Positions 34,601-41,604 of a stretch of 64,000 nt of DNA are shown here, one piece after another. The notes under the pieces are model-generated. The model was not told the origin of the DNA. It saw nothing but the letters and a program-made list of their open reading frames with translations, and searched no databases. Source of the stretch: an uncultured Pirellulales bacterium (GTDB taxonomy: Bacteria > Planctomycetota > Phycisphaerae > Sedimentisphaerales > Anaerobacaceae); contig CAZHVR010000003.1 of assembly GCA_964536225.1 (NCBI GenBank), positions 6,102-70,101 on the forward strand. The letters are read 5' to 3'. The first letter of the stretch is position 1. Each line of letters opens with the position of its first letter. A program made the translations under genes and the position numbers.

Positions 34601-36632
34601 GACCGGCGGAACCACAATAATCTCCGACTCGAACTTCATAGCTAATGAGGCCAATCAGCCCGGCAGCGAAGGAGGCGCAATCGCCCTGCTCGGAGCAGAC
34701 GCTGAGATTACCGACTGCAATTTAACAGACAACATGTCGAGCGGTTCAGGCGGCGGTATCTACATTTCTAACAAAGACATAGACAGCATCGAGTTTTCCG
34801 GCGGCAACAGTGTCCTGTTACGAAATTGCCTCATCACTGGCAATTTCGCCATCCAGAACGGCGCCGGTATCCTTGCCGGCTGGCATTCAGACCCCAACAT
34901 TGTCAACTGCACCATTGCAAACAATGCGGCCGAACTGGGATTAGGCGGAGGTCTGTACGCCGCCTACGGCAGCTATACCCAGGTAATTAACTCAATACTC
35001 TGGAACAATATGGCGCCGGGCGGGTCCCAGATCGCCGTAAGAGACGACGCCAATCCCACTTACATGAAGGTTGTTTACAGTGATGTTGAGGGTGGAGCTG
35101 CTCTTGTGTGGGTTGACCCTGGCGCAGTTCTCGAGTGGGACGTACCTGCCGGAGACCCTGCCTATCCGACCAATATACATTTAGATCCTTTGTTTGTAAC
35201 AGGGCAGAAGGGGGACTTTTACCTTAGTCAGATATCAGCGGGACAACCACAGACCAGTCCCTGTGTTGATGCAGGCAGCGGCCCGGCAGAGGACCTCGGA
35301 TTTACACTCTATACGACCCGTACTGATGAAGCACCCGACAGGGTCGCCGTGGATATGGGTTATCACTATCCGATTCTCGAGCCGTGCAGGTTCTCCGATC
35401 TGATGAGAGACGGGACAATTAATTTCTACGATTTTGCAATTCTGGCAGCTTCCTGGCTGGACGAAGGATGCGGCGAGCCAAACTCCTGGTGCGGAGGTGC
35501 AGATTTGACGCATGATACTTTCGTCAATATTAATGATCTGACGCTGGTGACCGGCTGCTGGCTGGCTCATGATACTTACCCGCCACAACCCGACCCAAGC
35601 CAGTGGGCAATTGAGCCGTATGCCGCGTCATCAACCTCGGTTAGTATGCGTGCCGTAGAATCGGTGGATGAGTTGTGGGGCTTCCCTGTCCAGTACTGGT
35701 TCGAGTGCGACAGCGGTGACTGTCATACGAGCGGCTGGCAGTTAGAGCCGGCTTACACCGACGTCAATCTTGCTTCTGACACCGAGTACAGCTACAAAGT
35801 AAAGGCACGCGATACTGTGGGCAACGAGACCGGTTTTTCCGTTGTTCGCTTCGTCACAACTACAATCGGTCCGGGCTCTGACACGACACCACCGACACCG
35901 AATCCAATGACCTGGTCCGTTGCGCCTTACGCCAATACAGATACATCGGTCACAATGATTGCAACGACAGCCGCCGACAACAGCGGCGGTCTCGTCCAGT
36001 ATCAGTTCGAAGAAACCACCGGCAATGCGGGCGCGACAGACAGCGGCTGGCAAAACGACCCGTGTTATGTCGATACGGGCCTCAATCCCGCCAGCGAGTA
36101 TTGCTACAGGGCCAGAGCACGTGACCAGTACGGAAACATCACTGACTGGTCAACAGAAATCTGCGTGAGCAATCTGGGCGACCCCAATCCACCGACGCCG
36201 GCTCCTACGGTTGTCATATCGCCGGACGTAAACTTCGTCCTCGCAGAGTCATACGACCTCAGCGGTCAGTTTTTTGATTCCAGCTACAGGTACTGGCATA
36301 AGATAGTAATCAACGTGACCGGCATCACCGACGACGTTACACCGACCGGGAACCTCGAAGTCCGCTTTATCTGCGACAAGGGCAGCTTCAGCAGCACCAA
36401 TGCGGTTCCTGTGCCAATAACCCTGGGCGAGACAGCAGGAACAGTGTATGGAAGCATCGGCAACGGCTGGCGAGTGACTTTCCTCGGTGACACCATTGTA
36501 TATGACGTGGACGTTGACAGTTATTCGGCCGCGTGCCACTACTGGAGGGTGTGTGTTTATGATGAGGCGGGCAACTTTGTGTGCTCTTCGACGCATCAAA
36601 TCAGTCAGGGAGGCGGTTTTCCGTGTTTTTAG
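28698..36632 (+). CDS. Giant (2644 aa) secreted multidomain protein: subtilisin-like S8 protease + FN3-like modules + two beta-helix cassettes + B-repeat Ig-like domains + dockerin-like pair
   Basis: Signal peptide. I9-like propeptide. S8 triad D158 (VAVTDTGVD), H216 (HGTHVAG), S383 (GTSMASPHVAG). Many PbH1-type turns (IRNCVIEYS, IQNCTIRHC, LRNCDFTDN, FINCTFSNN, IVNCTIANN and others). Two cap modules ending DLGYHYP / DMGYHYP. Dockerin-like DGTINFYDFAILAASW and DLTHDTFVNINDLTLV. Confidence 0.9.
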   Translation: MIRKFVLCVAVLLTATSLLSAQQPVYKPGVVLVRFADVDNKPPTTTIKNDTLNSLLGSSGTRVKHEYSLVRGLTQVSLPAGVPVENALGSLRQSPSILYAEPIYKLELCAVPDDTRFGELWGMNNTGQSGGTADADIDAPEAWNISTGSSNIIVAVTDTGVDYNHPDLSANIWHNPGEIPGNGIDDDGDGYVDDVYGVDTGDSDGNPMDDSDDPGHGTHVAGTIGAVGNNARGVTGVCWDVSIMAVKIADANGDLFTDAAIRGIQYAIDKGAKVMNASWGGYGYSQALYDVIASAGSNGIVFVAAAHNYGLSNDIYPIYPASFDLDNIISVLATTDTDQRAYYSNYGLMSVDIGAPGGTGFGGTRDILSTLPNNGYGYMAGTSMASPHVAGACALLLSIDPTLTYSQVKQILLDTVDPTLPGLCVSGGRMNLAAAAQEAVTDTTPPTPGVAGWEIAPQATGRYTIAMEAKNVYDRSGVEYYFECVNDVNINSGWISNTLYKFTDPTETIFQPGGTYSFRCKARDKSPQHNETEWSSALSATTCSTVLDSLPPAPDPARWAISPKITRSGISMKAKGKGTDENGPEMFNFSGSFNSGWQTSDTFIVPSSSLAIGVTYHFEVSVMDSLGNETTSSEVASATWATGTRILNVPSQFETIQDAIDNANYGDTIVVSPWPNPPYTYRGRGENNYYGNLNIRFRGKKITVRSINPEDPNIVAATIIDCQGTTFPIDPNFPRRAFIFDGGEGPQSVLAGFTIRNAYVKGALGANGGTIDVNDVNGQDGGYAFGGAILCGDPNYSPTPSPSSPTIRNCVIEYSVVEGGDGGFGTDGNDGLDYQAPDVNGEGGQPASPGQAGGYGGSSGFAAGGGIYCEPGSSPTIQNCTIRHCYVRAGIAGDGGNGGNGGNDPNLGPAPGGDAGWGGGVASIYGGGIFADLGAAPPIIGCTITDCNSINYSLPGTPGLPGTGNPNGNIGYFFNYGTAYGGGVYYVTGIAPVNISSSTFSQNQSASPPTGINAPGAGIFFGVSDTAATTVSDCVFNENDANGDGGGIAYWGGNGNLVLRNCDFTDNFAGWAGGGLGFWTNVPDVVGVYDSNFTGNTALYGGGMYLDTTILTLSNGKLLNNEAQEGGAIWGYDCDVDISSSEITGNSAVAPSAIAGGLGGGMAFWNSYGSVTDSVMQSNTADDTGGAVFVAGWSDPMQFKNCLIADNSALYAGGGLAAHISGWAQLFNCTVVDNQANGLYGTGGGISCEEGLAEVDLYNSIVWGNSANYDTFGGRQIAVGSYYPTYSDPTADVYVNYTDVEGGEGQVFINDPLHQAVWWQQSNLDTDPLFASTRVDEPTYYLSQIASGQLVNSPCVDAGNNTAANLGLDTLTTRTDQTPDSGIVDLGYHYPPEEMTGKYQLTIQVYVFDPSYGGYGRLKAESDGDNPFSIYDSNTILVNQGTVVNLTAEPNESFRVQYWDGTDNDGSTAANNAVTMNSDKTVVVAFEPDGQYFLTVTVIGNGTVDPNGRTLRTPGELVALTATPDNPSDAIIWTGTDNDNSGAGTNSVTMNGHRNVTVKFYSPRVLYVGGDTGYPTIQAAIDDAQDRDIIQLMPSGQPYYTQWGYEIIGRNITITSVDPTDPDVVASTVIQFASGQNVTITPAFYFQDVSPLMRLQGLTIRGFSVYQGTGFDGNPQQNGHYDGQPGGTDGGYGIYCLDASPTIENCVIDNCHNRGGNGGNGAGGDENHPNGGNGGWGGGAYGGAIYCNAYSSPRFINCTFSNNSATGGSGGDGGNAASPPNSGRGGRGGSWYYGYNPFSPWDWSPPPVDIYDLPKNYSGLGGAVYVGFGCEPIFESCSFINNRAAGGVNGICGENTYTATDEPSVRYKIDNLGGAAYIDEGGTAEFKNCTFTGNTADPNKLPASNDSFVGFGGAIGVEKGASVILDNCHFSNNISDIGGGLYSDSSYPDINDSSFSENLAYHGGAILVTGGTTIISDSNFIANEANQPGSEGGAIALLGADAEITDCNLTDNMSSGSGGGIYISNKDIDSIEFSGGNSVLLRNCLITGNFAIQNGAGILAGWHSDPNIVNCTIANNAAELGLGGGLYAAYGSYTQVINSILWNNMAPGGSQIAVRDDANPTYMKVVYSDVEGGAALVWVDPGAVLEWDVPAGDPAYPTNIHLDPLFVTGQKGDFYLSQISAGQPQTSPCVDAGSGPAEDLGFTLYTTRTDEAPDRVAVDMGYHYPILEPCRFSDLMRDGTINFYDFAILAASWLDEGCGEPNSWCGGADLTHDTFVNINDLTLVTGCWLAHDTYPPQPDPSQWAIEPYAASSTSVSMRAVESVDELWGFPVQYWFECDSGDCHTSGWQLEPAYTDVNLASDTEYSYKVKARDTVGNETGFSVVRFVTTTIGPGSDTTPPTPNPMTWSVAPYANTDTSVTMIATTAADNSGGLVQYQFEETTGNAGATDSGWQNDPCYVDTGLNPASEYCYRARARDQYGNITDWSTEICVSNLGDPNPPTPAPTVVISPDVNFVLAESYDLSGQFFDSSYRYWHKIVINVTGITDDVTPTGNLEVRFICDKGSFSSTNAVPVPITLGETAGTVYGSIGNGWRVTFLGDTIVYDVDVDSYSAACHYWRVCVYDEAGNFVCSSTHQISQGGGFPCF

Positions 36633-36689
36633 CAATCGCTATGACTGGGAACGCGCCAGATTAAAAACATTATAGAAATTAGCAAAATC

Positions 36690-36722
36690 AAAGGCCCCGG
36701 TAAAAGCCGGGGCCTTTTTTTC
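36690..36722. terminator. Bidirectional intrinsic terminator between the convergent giant gene and aroC
   Basis: GGCCCCGG (36693-36700) / CCGGGGCC (36707-36714). T7 run on the plus strand and A-rich run on the other side. Confidence 0.8.
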
Positions 36723-38058
36723 ATTTGTCCTGACTGCTTTTATCTTTAAGCTGCTGGTAGCCGAAGTGTGCCAGCAAATGGTCAAGCAAAACGATTGACG
36801 TGTAATTTTCCGCAACGGGCCAAATCCTGGCGGTGATAGTAGGGTCGCGCCTGGTTATAGCAGCAAGCTGCTTGTTTTCGAGGGTATATTTGTCGATTGT
36901 ATGCTGCGGCTTTGCGATTGTCGGCGTCGGCTTGACGGCAAGGCGGACAATTAGCGGCTGTCCGGTTGCCAGACCGCCCGTGACGCCGCCGGCGTTATTC
37001 GAGTCAAACACAACCGAGCCCTTTTCTGAATGCATCTGGTCGTTATCCTGACTTCCAGTCATATCCTTGACGGCCATACCTGCACCGACTTCCACGGCCT
37101 TGACCGCGCCTATACCGAGCATCCTGCCTAATTCTGCGTCGAGCTTGTAAAAGACGGGTTCGCCAAGACCGGTAGGGACGCCGAGGGCAACCACCTCGAC
37201 TACGCCGCCTGCCGAATCGCCTGTGGCTGAAATTTTGTTGCAGGCATCTGTCATCGCCTGCGCCGCCTCGATATCGGGCGCGTTTACAATGTGGTGAACA
37301 CCGTATTTGTCCTCGATTTCTTTTGCGCCGGTCTTCGGCGCATTATCACGGATGTCGTCGATCTCCTTCTCAATTTGCGCCAAGACGGCCGCCTTTTCGA
37401 GAAAGCGCATATCCATATTGACCCGGCCCCTGATGTAAATTTCCTGGTAGAACGGGTCGAGGTCGCACCGCATTTTCTTGTAGTTTTCAGTATATTGAAA
37501 GGCCTTGTCGTGTTCGATGTCCGGGCATCGCACGCCTGCGATTTCCTTTACGTAAGAAAAGACCCTGATTCCGCATCTCCTGAGCACTTTCTTCGCCACA
37601 CAGCCGGCAGCGACTATCGTCGAGGTATATCGCCCGCTGAAGATGCCCGCACCGATTGCATCATCATCAGGGCCGTATTTGACAAACGTCGCCCACGAGG
37701 CATGACCCGGCCGGGGCGTGCGGTTAGTGTCCTGATACTGTTTTATGTGTATGAAGTGTCGGTCGAGGTTCGGTATCAGTATGGTCAGCGGCGTGCCGTT
37801 GGTGTGGTTTTTGTTACCTGCGCCTTCGATTGTGTCGGCGGCGTTAAGCCCCGAGTAAATTATCGGCAAATCCGGTTCTTTTCGCGGGCTTGACAGCTCG
37901 TCTGCGCCGGGCTTTCGCAGAAGCAAATCTCCGTAGATTTCCTGCTCACTGAGCAACATTCCCGGCGGATGGCCCTGCACAATGGCAGCCAGCCCGTCCT
38001 GGTACGAGCCGCCCGCGACCGTTACCTGAAACATTCGACCTATATGACAGCCAATCAT
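36721..38058 (-). CDS. aroC: Chorismate synthase (long form with internal insertion)
   Basis: Aligns by eye with AroC along its whole length (RKPGADELSSPRKEPD, RPGHASWA, GVPTGLGEPVFYKLDAELG, GGVTGGLATGQP, RRDPTI). It is 445 aa, versus about 360 aa for E. coli AroC. Confidence 0.92.
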   Translation of the reverse strand: MIGCHIGRMFQVTVAGGSYQDGLAAIVQGHPPGMLLSEQEIYGDLLLRKPGADELSSPRKEPDLPIIYSGLNAADTIEGAGNKNHTNGTPLTILIPNLDRHFIHIKQYQDTNRTPRPGHASWATFVKYGPDDDAIGAGIFSGRYTSTIVAAGCVAKKVLRRCGIRVFSYVKEIAGVRCPDIEHDKAFQYTENYKKMRCDLDPFYQEIYIRGRVNMDMRFLEKAAVLAQIEKEIDDIRDNAPKTGAKEIEDKYGVHHIVNAPDIEAAQAMTDACNKISATGDSAGGVVEVVALGVPTGLGEPVFYKLDAELGRMLGIGAVKAVEVGAGMAVKDMTGSQDNDQMHSEKGSVVFDSNNAGGVTGGLATGQPLIVRLAVKPTPTIAKPQHTIDKYTLENKQLAAITRRDPTITARIWPVAENYTSIVLLDHLLAHFGYQQLKDKSSQDK

Positions 38059-38068
38059 ATTTTTCTCC

Positions 38069-39346
38069 TTACTTTATCTCCATATCTGCACCGATACTCG
38101 TCATTAAATTCACATATTCCGGGAACGTGACGTTAATCGCCTCGGCTGAGTCGATTTCACACTGCCCTTCGAGCATCATACCGGCCAGCGCCATCGCCAT
38201 AACAATCCGGTGGTCGCCCCTTCCGTCGAGCCCGGCTGCGGTCAATTTGCTCTGTCTTATTACCAGGCCGTCCGCCAGCTCCTCGACGTCGGCGCCGAGT
38301 TTTTTAAGCTCCTCGGCCATACATTTTATGCGGTCGGTCTCTTTACCCCTGGCCTGCGGGACGTTAACCAGGCGCGTTTGTCCCTCGGCAAAAGCCCCGA
38401 CAACCGCCATAGCCGGCAATGCGTCCGGCGTGGCATTCATATCTATCTCGGTGCCTTTGAGCGGTGCGGCTTTTATCGTAACCGCTTTTTGCTCAACCCT
38501 TATTTCGGCGCCCATTGCCCTTAGATATTCAACGACCGCCTTGTCCGGCTGACTGTCGGCAAAATCAAGCCCCAGCAACGTCACCTCGTCACCGGCAAGC
38601 GCCGCCGCACACAAAAAAAACGTTGCGCCGGAAAAATCGGCCGGTATCGTTTTATCGAAAGAACCGTAGCCCTGTCCGCCTTTGACCCTGAACCGTCGCA
38701 TACCATCGTTTTCGTACCTGATTGCCTGGCCGTCCAGCCAGTCGAGCGTCATCTGCACGTATCCCGGCTCATTCAACAGGGTAACATCGATTTCGCTGTC
38801 TCTGGCCGCAAGCGGTGTGCACAACAGCAGCGACGAAAGATACTGGCTGCTGACAGCCGCTACCGAAGTTTTGCCGCCTCTAATTCTGCCTGTAACAGCG
38901 ACAGGGGGTTTTCCATTGTTTTTGATGCTGATGCACTTTGCGCCCAGCTCGTTCAAAGACCTGATTAAGGGCTCGGACGATCTGGACAGAATCTGGGCGT
39001 CTCCCGTGAAGTTTGTTGTCTGTCCGTCAGGCGCAAGGGCCGCTGAGCCAAGTGCGAGATTAAGCGTTGTGCCCGAGTTGCCGACGTCCACTGTCTGCTC
39101 AGGCACGAGGATTCGGCCGCCCGTGCCTGTGATCTTCCAGAGAGTGCTTTGCGACGTATCTATTTGTGCACCCAACAGGCGGTAGCAGCTTACCGCTGAT
39201 AATGTATCGCCCGAGCCAAGCGGGCTGCGGATGGTGCTGGTTCCTTCGGCCAATGAGGCGATTGCCACGGCGCGAATTGTGTGCGATTTTGAGCCGGGAA
39301 TCGTGACCGAACCCTTCAGCCGGGATTTCCTTGCAATTAACCGCAT
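38069..39346 (-). CDS. aroA: 3-phosphoshikimate 1-carboxyvinyltransferase (EPSP synthase)
   Basis: PGSKSHTIRA, GNSGTTLNL, ETDRI and DHRIVMA motifs. Confidence 0.95.
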   Translation of the reverse strand: MRLIARKSRLKGSVTIPGSKSHTIRAVAIASLAEGTSTIRSPLGSGDTLSAVSCYRLLGAQIDTSQSTLWKITGTGGRILVPEQTVDVGNSGTTLNLALGSAALAPDGQTTNFTGDAQILSRSSEPLIRSLNELGAKCISIKNNGKPPVAVTGRIRGGKTSVAAVSSQYLSSLLLCTPLAARDSEIDVTLLNEPGYVQMTLDWLDGQAIRYENDGMRRFRVKGGQGYGSFDKTIPADFSGATFFLCAAALAGDEVTLLGLDFADSQPDKAVVEYLRAMGAEIRVEQKAVTIKAAPLKGTEIDMNATPDALPAMAVVGAFAEGQTRLVNVPQARGKETDRIKCMAEELKKLGADVEELADGLVIRQSKLTAAGLDGRGDHRIVMAMALAGMMLEGQCEIDSAEAINVTFPEYVNLMTSIGADMEIK

Positions 39347-39402
39347 AGCGGGTCGTATCTTAATCTTTTTTACGGCTTTTGTCCTGTAAAAATGCGAGGC
39401 AC

Positions 39403-39453
39403 AAAAGAAGACCCGCCGGTCTGTTTCTCGGCAGGCCGGCGGGTCGGTTTTTT
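39403..39453 (-). terminator. Intrinsic terminator downstream of lipoprotein gene 39466-40194
   Basis: Perfect 10-bp stem GACCCGCCGG (39410-39419) / CCGGCGGGTC (39436-39445). On the minus strand it is followed by UUCUUUUG. A T-run is also present on the plus side. Confidence 0.75.
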
Positions 39454-39465
39454 TACGTTTATGGC

Positions 39466-40194
39466 TTAGTTCCAGACCTTGATTCCGGGCACTTCCTTGC
39501 CCTCAGCGTTAACGACGCGGAACATAAACTCGTACTCGCCCCAGTCCTGAGTAACTTTCATCAGGACGAGATTCATTCCCTTATTCAATTTTACTTTGTA
39601 TGTTTCCTGGTCCATCTCCATCGAGCGGTAAACATTCTGCTCACCGACCAGCTTGTGATTGAGCCAGAGCTTATAGCCGTCGTCCGAGCCGACGCGCAGC
39701 TCCACCTCTTTATCGGCGTCGGAATCGAGCCAGCAGGCGACGTAACAAAGAATGTCTTCCTGCTGCGGCTCTAGGCCGAGACCTTCGATGGCAAAGAAGG
39801 AGATGTCCGTAGTGGTTCCCTCGTACTGCTGCCACTTGAAGACGTTTCCGTTGGCGTCTTTTACCTCCAGGCCTTTCGTGGGAACATAAGCGGCCTCGCC
39901 GCCATAGTTTTTCAAATAATCGACGTTGAAGCCGGCGTTGTCCGGCCGTTCACCCGGGTTGGGGAATGGGCCGATGACAAGCCAGTGGTCCACAAAACCC
40001 GGCTCGTCCATCCAGTTCATTGCCAGCTTGTACGGGCCCAGGGTAGGGCCTTTGGCTTCGGCCTTTTTTGCCTCGGCTTTTGTGTCTTTTGCCGGGTCCT
40101 GCCCTGCCGCCTGGCTCTGGCATCCCGCTATTATCGCGTACACAGCCATAAGGCACAATACGCCCATCAAAATGCGGATTTGACTCTTGTTCAT
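39466..40194 (-). CDS. Hypothetical lipoprotein
   Basis: Lipobox IIAGC after a signal peptide. AAGGAG SD upstream. No family recognised; the C-terminal part is probably a beta-sandwich. Confidence 0.75.
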   Translation of the reverse strand: MNKSQIRILMGVLCLMAVYAIIAGCQSQAAGQDPAKDTKAEAKKAEAKGPTLGPYKLAMNWMDEPGFVDHWLVIGPFPNPGERPDNAGFNVDYLKNYGGEAAYVPTKGLEVKDANGNVFKWQQYEGTTTDISFFAIEGLGLEPQQEDILCYVACWLDSDADKEVELRVGSDDGYKLWLNHKLVGEQNVYRSMEMDQETYKVKLNKGMNLVLMKVTQDWGEYEFMFRVVNAEGKEVPGIKVWN

Positions 40195-40350
40195 AACTCA
40201 GCTCCTTTCTAAAAATGCTGACTACTGTAATAATCGCTATTAAACTGCCCGGCCGATAAGCTAACAATATCCGGCCGATTCTGCAAGTATTTTCTGGCCG
40301 CAATACTGGCACTTGTTCCGTGGGGTATTGTTGAAAAAGCTGATTTGAAC

Positions 40351-40941
40351 TCAAACGGTCTGGAGCTGCTGCCGTGCCTTCAGGACCGTAGCGGCGGCGT
40401 TGAGGACGAGCTGCTCTATTAAGCCGGAAGGGACCACCGTCAGGTCCATACTGAAGACCCTCTCCTCCACCATCGAGGCAACGGCTCTGGCAGAATACCT
40501 GTCCATCCACTGCCCGCTGACAAGGTCTTCGACAATCCTCGATTTGTCCCACCTGCTTCTGACCTGTTTTTTAACGCCCTCGGAAAATATCCCGGCATCG
40601 GTCAAATCCGTCTCTTTTCCGTGAACAACCTCGACCCGGCCTCGACTGAGCTTGCGCTGAAAGTAATGCTCGCTGAGGGCTATCGCTTCCTGGAGACATC
40701 CCGTGTCGGCCAGGACCGCCTCGATTATCGAAAATATCTCGCCTGAATCGATGTTTCGGCGCCCGTCGTTATTGTGAAGGTAAAACGTTATCGCCTCTGC
40801 AAACTGTTCGGCGGCGGTTATATCGGGCCGGCCGGTCGCGTCGAACGCTTTTATTATGGTGCCCAGGACCTTGGTATGAAAATATTCCTCCCTTGCGCCG
40901 TCGCGCTTGATAACCTTCAGCTTCAACACCCTCCGTGACAT
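40351..40941 (-). CDS. Stand-alone ATP-cone domain protein (apparently two ATP-cone-like modules)
   Basis: N-terminal VIKRDGAREEYFHTKVLGTIIKAF resembles the ATP-cone of the adjacent NrdR (VIKKDNSRVPYDREKVITGLQKAC). The second half, RSRWDKSRIVEDLV...ARAVASMVEERV, resembles RNR-type ATP-cones. Confidence 0.7.
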   Translation of the reverse strand: MSRRVLKLKVIKRDGAREEYFHTKVLGTIIKAFDATGRPDITAAEQFAEAITFYLHNNDGRRNIDSGEIFSIIEAVLADTGCLQEAIALSEHYFQRKLSRGRVEVVHGKETDLTDAGIFSEGVKKQVRSRWDKSRIVEDLVSGQWMDRYSARAVASMVEERVFSMDLTVVPSGLIEQLVLNAAATVLKARQQLQTV

Positions 40942-40979
40942 ATTCAGCTTCCCTGCTTTTTTTGCGACCGCCCGGGCGG

Positions 40980-41468
40980 CTACTGAAAAAGCTTCTGCTG
41001 CCCGGCCAGGTCGGCTTGTGATATAACCTGACTTATTTCCTGAATCAGCTCACCGGCGTCCTTGAAATCACGATACACGCTGGCGAACCTAATATACGCG
41101 ACCTTGTCCACCTCACGCAAGTGTTTTATAACATTTTCGCCGATAAAGGAGCTGGTCACCTCCTTGTCGAAATTCCGGAATATGTCCTCTTCAACCTTGT
41201 CGGCGATATCGCGTATCTCCTCGACGGAGACGGGCCTTTTGTAGCAGGCCTTCTGCAGGCCGGTGATAACTTTCTCCCTGTCGTAAGGAACGCGAGAATT
41301 GTCCTTCTTTATCACATACATCTTGAAACTCTCGCTGGTCTTCTCGTAAGTCGTGAAACGCTTGTTGCACACCAGACACTGGCGTCTTCGTCTGATTATC
41401 CGTCCCCCGTCGCTCGAACGCGAGTCGATTACCTTGTCGCTGTCTTCTTTGCAGAAAGGACATCTCAC
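40980..41468 (-). CDS. nrdR: Transcriptional repressor NrdR
   Basis: Zinc ribbon MRCPFC...CLVC followed by an ATP-cone. Typical length of 162 aa. Confidence 0.95.
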   Translation of the reverse strand: MRCPFCKEDSDKVIDSRSSDGGRIIRRRRQCLVCNKRFTTYEKTSESFKMYVIKKDNSRVPYDREKVITGLQKACYKRPVSVEEIRDIADKVEEDIFRNFDKEVTSSFIGENVIKHLREVDKVAYIRFASVYRDFKDAGELIQEISQVISQADLAGQQKLFQ

Positions 41469-41547
41469 AGCTTATCCCCGCCTCGTTTTTTCAATTCCAC
41501 TATTGTGCCGCCTGACGTTCAACACATCACCAACGACGCATAGTAGA

Positions 41548-41577
41548 ATTGTAAAAGCCCGACACAAGATATGTCAA
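41548..41577 (-). promoter_or_regulatory. Sigma70-like promoter upstream of nrdR
   Basis: Minus strand TTGACA (41577-41572), an 18-nt spacer, then TACAAT (41553-41548). About 80 nt upstream of the nrdR start. Confidence 0.4.
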
Positions 41578-41604
41578 AAGAAATCCGCACGAAGAAGCGT
41601 TATT

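Noticed and set aside
41558-41576. Possible NrdR box (ACACAAGATATGTC) in the nrdR promoter spacer
   Set aside because: Only the left half matches the palindromic NrdR-box consensus as I remember it. There is no second tandem box.
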